Below, piece after piece: positions 1 through 7,550 of a stretch of 25,873 bases of DNA. The position numbers and the translations under genes were made by a program. Where the stretch lies: assembly GCA_043813605.1 (NCBI GenBank), contig JBDRKX010000101.1, positions 1 through 25,873 of the forward strand, in the 5' to 3' direction. Every line of letters begins with the position of its first letter. The stretch's first letter is position 1. The stretch is from Elusimicrobiota bacterium. Its GTDB lineage: Bacteria; CG03; SLGR01; JBDRKX01. The notes under the pieces were generated by a model. The model saw only the letters and a program-made list of their open reading frames with translations, was not told the origin of the DNA and made no database searches.

Positions 1-1
1 C

Positions 2-1645
2 TTGGGTGCGGCAGGGATTCCTAAGTATATAAATTTCCAGGGTAAACTTACCGATGATGCCGGCCAGCCAAAGAACGGCGCCTTTAAATTTGAATTTACA
101 CTTTATGACAGCGCAACCGGCGGGACTCAAGTGTGGGGTACTGAGACACATAATTCCGTTACAGTTTCAAACGGCCTTTATTCTGTCGCGCTGGGTTCTT
201 ATACGGCTTTTTCCATGACGGATTTCCACCAGCCTCTCTGGCTGGCGGTGGAAGTGAATGATGTGGCGCTCTCTCCGAGATATGCGCTGACTTCGAGTCC
301 CTACGCGCTGTCAGCCGTGACCGTTGATAATTCCACAACCGGTTATATAGTGTTGGAACAGAGCGTAAATCCGACTGAGAATAAGGAAGGGCGGATACAG
401 TGGGATACTGATGACAACCAGCTCGTGATCGGGACTGGTACGTCAACAGTTGTCATTTCGCCCGGTTCGGACGATGATAATGTGTCGGGAGATGTCGATA
501 CGGGAGAGATAGAGAATGGCACGATACTCGAAGAAGACCTTAACGAGATAGGTGGTCCTATAGACAACCAGATACTCTCGTATGACAGTGCATCCGGCGG
601 GTTTGACTGGATCAATATAGATATTTCTTCCACAACGGGTCAAGACTGGCGGATGTTCTATTCAGACGGCAGCGGTTTTGTGTCTCAAATGGATCTTGGA
701 GCAGGCGGAACAGTATTGACTTCAAATGGTACCTCGGCAGTGCCGAGTTTTCAGTCACCCGGAGCTGTTTCGGATGCCGAAACGCTTGATGGTAAGGATT
801 CCCTTTATTTCGTATCAACAGGTACGATAAACCAGACAATACTCGGCGCGAAAACTTTTTACGATGCAAAGGTGACGAATCTGCTGGATGTCCAGAACTA
901 TATGGATAATACCGTTGGCGTGCAGGTAGTTATCTCCACTCATCTGTATGTAAACGGCAGGATCAAAATAGAAGAAAACTGTACAATAGGAGAAAACTGT
1001 GAAATAAAGGGTGTTCTTAATCTGAACAGGACAGGCGGGTCATCGGGGATACAGGGGAAAGGTTTCGGTGTCCATGTCAACACGAATACAATAGTGCAGG
1101 GGAACATATATATGACGAGCAACTTTCTGGATACATCCTACCGCCCGAGGTATATATATGACGATGCTGCCAATTACAGTACAGGTTTCTCGTCGCATGT
1201 GCATGTTAACGGCAATTTGACAGTAGACGGCGATTCGATGGTCGGCTGGCACGGGTCGCCCACAAGGATAAAAATTCTGCCGTCTGATTTTATAGTTAAC
1301 GACGGTACCGGCATGCCGGTGATGGTTGAAGACGATATGGGCGGAGAGATCTCCGTTAGGGTAGGCAGTAGTTACGATGAGATGTATGCGTTTGTCGCAA
1401 TACCGACGGGCTATAAGGCTACACTCGCAAGAGTATACGGCAGCAGCGATGATACGGTTACCGTATATGAAGGAAATATCACGGATGGATCGACAGGCGC
1501 CAGTTTAGGTTCTGCAAACACGGGAATAGAGATTAATATAACCGACACGGACAGTACATCAACTAATTATCTTGTGATACATGTTGCTGTCAATGATACG
1601 ACAGATGTGATCTACGGGGGCTATGTCACCATAGAAAAGATGTAG
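2..1645 (+). CDS. Phage tail fibre-like surface adhesin; 5' end truncated by the window edge
   Basis: The frame is open from the window edge. The N-terminal domain (PKYINFQGKLTD...FTLYDSATGGTQVW...VTVSNGLYSVALGS...LSPRYALTSSPYA) matches the base domain of bacterial chromosomal fibre proteins. Shaft motifs include EIENGTILEEDL, GTVLTSNG...PSFQ, DAETLDGKDS and QTILGAKTF. A beta-rich C-terminal head starts at GWHGSPTRIKILPSDF. Confidence 0.75.
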   Translation: MGAAGIPKYINFQGKLTDDAGQPKNGAFKFEFTLYDSATGGTQVWGTETHNSVTVSNGLYSVALGSYTAFSMTDFHQPLWLAVEVNDVALSPRYALTSSPYALSAVTVDNSTTGYIVLEQSVNPTENKEGRIQWDTDDNQLVIGTGTSTVVISPGSDDDNVSGDVDTGEIENGTILEEDLNEIGGPIDNQILSYDSASGGFDWINIDISSTTGQDWRMFYSDGSGFVSQMDLGAGGTVLTSNGTSAVPSFQSPGAVSDAETLDGKDSLYFVSTGTINQTILGAKTFYDAKVTNLLDVQNYMDNTVGVQVVISTHLYVNGRIKIEENCTIGENCEIKGVLNLNRTGGSSGIQGKGFGVHVNTNTIVQGNIYMTSNFLDTSYRPRYIYDDAANYSTGFSSHVHVNGNLTVDGDSMVGWHGSPTRIKILPSDFIVNDGTGMPVMVEDDMGGEISVRVGSSYDEMYAFVAIPTGYKATLARVYGSSDDTVTVYEGNITDGSTGASLGSANTGIEINITDTDSTSTNYLVIHVAVNDTTDVIYGGYVTIEKM

Positions 1646-1648
1646 CGG

Positions 1649-2857
1649 ATGATTCTATTGAAAAGGTTTTTTTTCATTGTTGTATGTTTTATGATTCTTT
1701 TTGTAAGTTTTGACGCGCTCTTTGCATATAAAACAGAGTGGCATACTGTAGGCGCCTGCGGAGGTATCTCCTCTTCCGGTACCGGCTTTATAGAAGTTGT
1801 CGGCATGGCGGGCCAGACCGCAGTCGGGAAGAGCACTGAGACCAGTACATTCAGCGGCCTTTATGCGGGTTACGGCGCGGGATACCTTGAGGTAGAGAGT
1901 TCGGCAATATATTTCTATGATCCGCTGCCGCTGTCTTCTACCGAAAATACTGATGCTGATGTGACATGCGAGATAACCATAGAGACATATACGAACAACA
2001 TAGCCACGGCCACGGTAAGGTACAGGATATCCAGTTCGGGGCCTTCCCCTTCCAGTTTTTCGAACTGGTATACAGGCGCAATAAAGGATGAGGTCTACAG
2101 TGCAAAGAAGATCAGGTACTCGGTAACAATACCTACTTCCGCTACAGGTGTGGCATTCAGCGCCGGAGACAATAATTATATCCAGTGGAGATGCTACGAT
2201 TCGGGCGCCTTGGACGAGAATTCGAGTATGTACAGGATAAAGATCAAACAGCCCTCCATTGAGATAGTCCAGCCGGTTGATTTTGCGGGCAGGAATCCCG
2301 TCTTTCAGGCAAATATAACCGGAGGCGGGATAGTTCCGAGTACGGTGGTGCTTGATATAGACCTTGTATCCGGCGGTGATGTTATAAGCATAACCGGCGC
2401 GGCGAATTATAATTCATCTACCGGAGAATATAAAAAAAGATGGACAGGCGCGGACTTCAGGGAAGGAGAAAAATATCGTCTTATTGCAAGTGTCCGGGAT
2501 GCTGCAGGCAATACATATACAGATACTTCCGAATTCGTGATAAATGCCGGTATGGTGGCGGACCTTATACCGGTGCCGTCGCCCTTTAATCCGTTGAGCG
2601 AAGGTGTTGTTATAAGGTATGTACTTAACGAAGACGCAAAAGTGTCTGTTTCGATATATAATACCGCAGGGGAACTGGTAATGGTGCTGGTGGAAGGAGA
2701 AAGCAGATCAGCCGGACTTAACGAACAGGATATATGGTATGCCAGGGATTTTTCTGACAGGATGCTTGCAAACGGGATATATTTCTGCGAGATAGTAGCG
2801 GAGACTTCACAGGGTGAACAAAGGAGATATTCTTCACTGGCGGTACTTAAAAGATGA
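1649..2857 (+). CDS. Secreted protein with Gly-rich N-terminal motif, Ig-like middle and C-terminal FlgD-Ig/T9SS-CTD-like domain (putative fibre adaptor)
   Basis: Signal peptide (MILLKRFFFIVV...ALFA). N-terminal WHTVGACGG...GMAGQTAVG...LYAGY motif. C-terminal PSPFNP...IRYVL...VSVSIYNTAGELV...W...LANGIYF...LAVLKR. Starts 3 nt after the fibre stop codon. Confidence 0.75.
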   Translation: MILLKRFFFIVVCFMILFVSFDALFAYKTEWHTVGACGGISSSGTGFIEVVGMAGQTAVGKSTETSTFSGLYAGYGAGYLEVESSAIYFYDPLPLSSTENTDADVTCEITIETYTNNIATATVRYRISSSGPSPSSFSNWYTGAIKDEVYSAKKIRYSVTIPTSATGVAFSAGDNNYIQWRCYDSGALDENSSMYRIKIKQPSIEIVQPVDFAGRNPVFQANITGGGIVPSTVVLDIDLVSGGDVISITGAANYNSSTGEYKKRWTGADFREGEKYRLIASVRDAAGNTYTDTSEFVINAGMVADLIPVPSPFNPLSEGVVIRYVLNEDAKVSVSIYNTAGELVMVLVEGESRSAGLNEQDIWYARDFSDRMLANGIYFCEIVAETSQGEQRRYSSLAVLKR

Positions 2858-3891
2858 TACGGAAGTCAATATTATCGAGCGCCGTCATATTAGCTGTAAT
2901 ATCTGCGGGGTTTTTGAAGGCAGATACCGGCACGGCGGCTTTCCTCGATATAGGAGTCGGGGCGCGGGCGATGGGTCTCGGCGGCGCCTTCACGGCAGTA
3001 TCCGATGACGCTACGGCCAGTTACTGGAATCCTGCCGGTCTGGGAAAGATAGAATCGTTTCAGAGTTCATTAATGTTCCAGGGGTCTGGAGGACTGGAAT
3101 GGCCCGGGATGGAGGATATTTCTCCCTCTTATCAGTTTTTCAATATTGTTGTGCCGCTTGAAAGAACGGGAGTATACGGCCGGGGCGCCATAGCGCTTTC
3201 TCTGGTGAGGTATTCTATATCCAGTATACCCAATACATATATTGACAGTTCAGGCAAAATAAGCAGGAGCACGTTCAATGATGCCGAGACCGCCTATTTT
3301 CTGTCATATGGGTTACCGCTCTTTCATAAAGAATTCTATTTAGGCGGCAGTTTAAAACTTATATCTCAGGATTTTACCGGTATAGACGGCGGTTCGGCTT
3401 TCGGCTGGGATGCGGATGCAGGGGCTATTGCGCAGATCAGTCCGCGCCTAAGTCTCGGATGCCTGTTCCAGAAAGGAGCTGTATTGAAGTGGTCCAGCGG
3501 TTATGTAGACCGTGATTCTCTCAGTACAAAAATAGGGATGAGCTATAACTACGAAATCAGCGAAAAGACCGGTTTGCTGGGTGTGTGGGATCTGATACAG
3601 CAAAGGGATACTCCCCTGAAGACATCCGCCGGTATTGAATTTACATGTCTTTTGGGATTTACGGCAGCTGATTACGGCAGGGTCAGTTCAGCTTCTCTAA
3701 GAGCGGGGATAGACAGATTTACGATAGAAAACCGGTATGATTATATGAGTAAACTGAACAGGAGCATAAACTGGAATGCCGGCGCCGGTATAAACCTGGG
3801 TGTGTTTAACTTTGATCTGCAGATAGATTATACTTTCAGCTATATGCGCCTGGGCTCTAAACACCGGGTATCGCTGATCATACAGATATGA
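2854..3891 (+). CDS. PorV/PorQ-like (UPF0164, FadL-like) outer-membrane beta-barrel
   Basis: Signal peptide followed by the family signature FLDIGVGARAMGLGGAFTAVSDDATASYWNPAGL. Amphipathic beta-strands ending in IDYTF...HRVSLIIQI. ATGA overlap with the upstream gene. Confidence 0.88.
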   Translation: MIRKSILSSAVILAVISAGFLKADTGTAAFLDIGVGARAMGLGGAFTAVSDDATASYWNPAGLGKIESFQSSLMFQGSGGLEWPGMEDISPSYQFFNIVVPLERTGVYGRGAIALSLVRYSISSIPNTYIDSSGKISRSTFNDAETAYFLSYGLPLFHKEFYLGGSLKLISQDFTGIDGGSAFGWDADAGAIAQISPRLSLGCLFQKGAVLKWSSGYVDRDSLSTKIGMSYNYEISEKTGLLGVWDLIQQRDTPLKTSAGIEFTCLLGFTAADYGRVSSASLRAGIDRFTIENRYDYMSKLNRSINWNAGAGINLGVFNFDLQIDYTFSYMRLGSKHRVSLIIQI

Positions 3892-5246
3892 GAAAGAGTT
3901 ATATTATTATGTCGGCGGTTATTGTTTTTTGTGCGGCATGTCCCGGTTTTTCTTTTAAAGACGTGACAAGCGAAACGGATGGCGCCGCTGAAAGTTTCAG
4001 CTCGGAAGGTATGTTCGGATCTTTTATATATCAGTTCGGTCAAGAGTTCTTCAGGCCTGACGGGTATGTAACAAGAGAAGATATGATATTGATATTAAAG
4101 GAATACCATATACTTACAAAAAATGTCATAGCAAGGAATATGGAGATGATATCCAGGCTTGATAAAGTAGAATCAAGAAAGATCGGCGATGAGGATCTGG
4201 AACTAGTAGTCAGTGAGTTTAAAAACATGCTCGAACCCATGCTTCAGAAGTCCAAGACTATTATGTCTCTAAAACAGTCAGGCGGAGAGCCTTTAGTAGG
4301 GGCGTCTGCTTCAGATAACCTTGTGCTGACCGAATTGGAAGGTATAAAAGCCAGGATAGACATTATGGAGTCGGGTACAAATAAAAGTGGTAACGGTGCC
4401 GGTTCCACAGAGGTTAAGGCTGTTTCAATTGAACTTAAAACACTCCTGGAAAAAGTAAATAATATTAAAAAAGACATCTTTTTGCAGAAAAAGGAAATAA
4501 ACGAAATATCTGAAACCGGAAAAAATGTTTCGGGGGAACTGGGATCTATAAAAGATGAACTTGATAACCTTAATAAAAAAACCGATAACCTGGCAAAGAT
4601 GTATACTGTTGAAGACAAAGGGCAGGGGTCACCGGGTTCCGGGTCTCCTGTAAGTTCTGAAACAGAAAAAAAAGTATATTTTGTTGCGGATGAAGTGGAG
4701 AGGATAAAGGAAAGGCTGACCCTTCTTAAAAAAGATGTTTATATGTACAAGAAAGATATCAGTGCTATTTCACTCAGCAAGTCGGGGGGGGACAGTGAGA
4801 TGAATGCAATTAAAGACGACGTGAAGGCGCTTTCCATGAAGTTTGAAGAGTTTTCAAGACAATATGAAGCAGGCGAAAAAAAAGGGCTGGAAAGTACTGT
4901 AAACTTGAATTATGGAAAGGATGATGTTATAAATAAGGAACTTAAATCTGTAAGAAGAGATATAGAGGAACTGAAGGAAAAGACAGGGTCATATAGAAGG
5001 CGCGACAGCGAAAGTACATCTGCAGTTGATTACAGCAGTGTCGGTTCGGGCGCCCTGGTAAAAGAGCTTGAAAGCTTGAGAAGTGATATTCAGAAACTGG
5101 AAATATCTATTGATAAACAGAAAAGGGAGTTTAATAAAACAGAAACAGGAAAATCCCGTGAAGATCAGGGCGGCAGTGTTATTCCGTTTTGGGCAAAAGT
5201 CAGTCTGGGATTTTCTACATTTGCGCTTTTTTTTGTATCAAGATAA
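3888..5246 (+). CDS. SLH-like domain + long segmented coiled coil + C-terminal hydrophobic helix (Omp-alpha-like envelope tether)
   Basis: Signal peptide. FKDV...EGMFG...FRPDGYVTREDMILIL fits the SLH pattern. About 330 aa of E/K/L/I heptads broken by G/S linkers. C-terminus PFWAKVSLGFSTFALFFVSR. ATGA overlap with the upstream gene. Confidence 0.7.
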   Translation: MRKSYIIMSAVIVFCAACPGFSFKDVTSETDGAAESFSSEGMFGSFIYQFGQEFFRPDGYVTREDMILILKEYHILTKNVIARNMEMISRLDKVESRKIGDEDLELVVSEFKNMLEPMLQKSKTIMSLKQSGGEPLVGASASDNLVLTELEGIKARIDIMESGTNKSGNGAGSTEVKAVSIELKTLLEKVNNIKKDIFLQKKEINEISETGKNVSGELGSIKDELDNLNKKTDNLAKMYTVEDKGQGSPGSGSPVSSETEKKVYFVADEVERIKERLTLLKKDVYMYKKDISAISLSKSGGDSEMNAIKDDVKALSMKFEEFSRQYEAGEKKGLESTVNLNYGKDDVINKELKSVRRDIEELKEKTGSYRRRDSESTSAVDYSSVGSGALVKELESLRSDIQKLEISIDKQKREFNKTETGKSREDQGGSVIPFWAKVSLGFSTFALFFVSR

Positions 5247-5254
5247 AATATTTA

Positions 5255-5298
5255 TGCCGCCTGTGCGGCAGGTCATTCGAGGAATAGGAGGCAGGAGG
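5255..5298 (+). promoter_or_regulatory. Small GC-rich hairpin followed by tandem Shine-Dalgarno sequences
   Basis: TGCCGC-CTGT-GCGGCA at 5255-5270 has no U-tract. AGGAGG occurs at 5286-5291 and 5293-5298, ahead of the ATG at 5304. Confidence 0.5.
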
Positions 5299-5303
5299 AT
5301 AAA

Positions 5304-7550
5304 ATGCCCAGAATAATTGTTAAAAATAAAGCTGAAATCATAATGGAATACATATTGGGAAACGAGAAGGTGACTGTAGGAAGAAGCAAAGGCAATAAGA
5401 TCTCGATAGATGATCAGTCCCTTTCCGAAGAACATTGTATAATAAGCCGCGGCAAAGATAACTTTATGGTGGAAGATCTTAACACGGCATTCGGTACGAC
5501 GGTCAACGGGAAGAATATCAGTAAACAGGAGATAAACATAGGAGATGAGATAGGCGCGGGCGCTTATAGCCTCATACTGAAACCGACAGGAAAAGAGAAA
5601 ACAAAGAAAAGCGCTATCGCCGGCGCGGATGTAAATGCCTTCATGCTTGGTATCCAGGGTAAGATGGAAGGAAAAAAATATGAAATGAATCCGGTAGAGA
5701 CCAGGATAGGCCGCTCAAAGGAGTTTAATGATATCTGGATTTCAAAAGAAATAGATAAGAGTGTTTCAAGGCGTCATACTACAATAGTGTACAAAGACGA
5801 TAAATTCATCCTTACAGACAGAAGGAGCAGAAACCGTACATTTGTGAATCAGCGGCAGATCAATGAGAATGACGAAGTAATAATCAAGGATAGAGACGAA
5901 ATACTTATAGGGAAAAGCATATTCAGGTTTATACGCGGGAGCAAAGAAGATTATTCTTCACCTGAAAAAGCCGGGATATTCATAGTAAGGGTTTTCCCTA
6001 AACTTAAAAAGATACTGGGATTCGTCATGCTTGCGGCAGGTTTATTTGTGACTTTCAGGGGAGTGTCGGGATTGTCTGTCATATACTCCCGTCCGGCCGA
6101 TCTTTATATCGATAATATGAACTGGAAACCGGAAGGTTTCATGAAGACGTGGAAAGGATACCTTCCGAAAGACGTTCTTGATATAACCCCTTCTCCGGCC
6201 ATAGGAGATATCAACGGTGATAAGATCCCCGAAATCGTTATGGCAGATGCAATGGGCAGGGTATATGCATGGTCGGGTGTCAACGGCTATCTTCTGTGGG
6301 AAAACGAACTGGGCCAGTCAACGCTTACATCACCGGTACTGGCTGACATGAACAACGACAATGTCCTTGATGTAATAGTCGGAGTGGATAATTCAAGGGT
6401 ATATGTATTGGACGGTAACTCCGGGCAGATGATTTACAAGAGTTCTTTTATCGGAGGAAAACTTCTTTTCGGGTCTTCTCCGCTGGTAGATGACCTTGAC
6501 GGCGATGGTTTCAAAGATATTGTGGTTACTACGGATGATAAAGTGGTCTGTTTCCTGTATACTCCTGTAACCGGTACACAGAAGCCTTATTTTTTTAGAA
6601 CCCCGGAGAATATACTCTCATCACCGGTAGTGCTGCGCAGCACTATGGGTGTAGACAAAGTGGCAATTGCGACTAACGGAGGTAAAGTATATATATTTGA
6701 TGTAGCAAATCCCGAGAATAGAGAAGTTGTCGATATTACACAAAAGATAAATATGCTTCGCGGTGTAAACCTGGTGCTGAATGAAATATCATCTATACCT
6801 GCGGTTGCGGATATGGATGGAGACGGGGCAGACGACCTCGTATTTACAACCGGGGCTTATTATGTCACTGCGCTCAACAGTCAGAGTCATTCGTTGATGT
6901 GGGCATACAAACTGAGGCCGTTTTCAGTGCTCGGAACTCCGCTAAGGTATGCTTCACCGGTATTAACGGAGCTTGATATGGACGGAGTGCCGGATGTTAT
7001 AACGGGCTGGGCGAATGGAAAGGTAGTAGCCTTGAGCGGGCGTACGGGGGAACTTCTGTGGGAACATGAGTCAAATGCAGAAAACAGGATCATTTCATCC
7101 ATAGCGCTTGCAGATTTCAATAAAGACGGAATAATGGATCCGGTGGTCACCGGAGAAGATGGTTCAATTGTCATACTTAACGGAAGTATTGATACCGAGG
7201 CAAGAGTTCTTTCTAACCAGGCATTTGTGCAGGGATCGATAACTTCTACCCCGGCAATCGGTGATGTGAACAGTGACGGGTATCTGGAAATAGTAGTGAC
7301 AACGGTCAATAACACTATAGCTGTTCTGGCGACTGCGACCCAGGTATTCAAAAATGAGATAATCTGGCAGAGTTTCCGCGGTACTTCTACGAATTCCGGC
7401 GCGCTCTTCTTTGTTTCAAAGAGCATGATCTATCAGGTTTTTGCGGGCGCCGGCATTGCAATCGTTTTTATTGTGTTGTTCCTGATGATGATACTCAGGA
7501 AAAAGAAATTGAGCAAAAGACCCAAAATAATAGATGGAAGGAAAAAATGA
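5304..7550 (+). CDS. Membrane protein with two FHA domains, TM helix, FG-GAP/PQQ-like beta-propeller and second TM helix
   Basis: FHA1: VGR...SEEH...EDLNTAFGTTVNG. FHA2: IGR...VSRRH...TDRRSRNRTFVN. TM1: ILGFVMLAAGLFVTF. Seven FG-GAP-like loops: GDINGDKIPEI, ADMNNDNVLDV, DDLDGDGFKDI, ADMDGDGADDL, TELDMDGVPDV, ADFNKDGIMDP, GDVNSDGYLEI. TM2 is followed by a basic tail. Confidence 0.88.
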   Translation: MPRIIVKNKAEIIMEYILGNEKVTVGRSKGNKISIDDQSLSEEHCIISRGKDNFMVEDLNTAFGTTVNGKNISKQEINIGDEIGAGAYSLILKPTGKEKTKKSAIAGADVNAFMLGIQGKMEGKKYEMNPVETRIGRSKEFNDIWISKEIDKSVSRRHTTIVYKDDKFILTDRRSRNRTFVNQRQINENDEVIIKDRDEILIGKSIFRFIRGSKEDYSSPEKAGIFIVRVFPKLKKILGFVMLAAGLFVTFRGVSGLSVIYSRPADLYIDNMNWKPEGFMKTWKGYLPKDVLDITPSPAIGDINGDKIPEIVMADAMGRVYAWSGVNGYLLWENELGQSTLTSPVLADMNNDNVLDVIVGVDNSRVYVLDGNSGQMIYKSSFIGGKLLFGSSPLVDDLDGDGFKDIVVTTDDKVVCFLYTPVTGTQKPYFFRTPENILSSPVVLRSTMGVDKVAIATNGGKVYIFDVANPENREVVDITQKINMLRGVNLVLNEISSIPAVADMDGDGADDLVFTTGAYYVTALNSQSHSLMWAYKLRPFSVLGTPLRYASPVLTELDMDGVPDVITGWANGKVVALSGRTGELLWEHESNAENRIISSIALADFNKDGIMDPVVTGEDGSIVILNGSIDTEARVLSNQAFVQGSITSTPAIGDVNSDGYLEIVVTTVNNTIAVLATATQVFKNEIIWQSFRGTSTNSGALFFVSKSMIYQVFAGAGIAIVFIVLFLMMILRKKKLSKRPKIIDGRKK

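Noticed and set aside
2..1645. Prophage or tailocin suggested by the tail-fibre-like gene
   Set aside because: No capsid, tail tube, baseplate, integrase or lysis genes are in the window, and the neighbours are cell-envelope genes. Sequence upstream of the window cannot be seen.
1244..1645. DGR variable region in the fibre tip
   Set aside because: No reverse transcriptase or template repeat was seen in the window.
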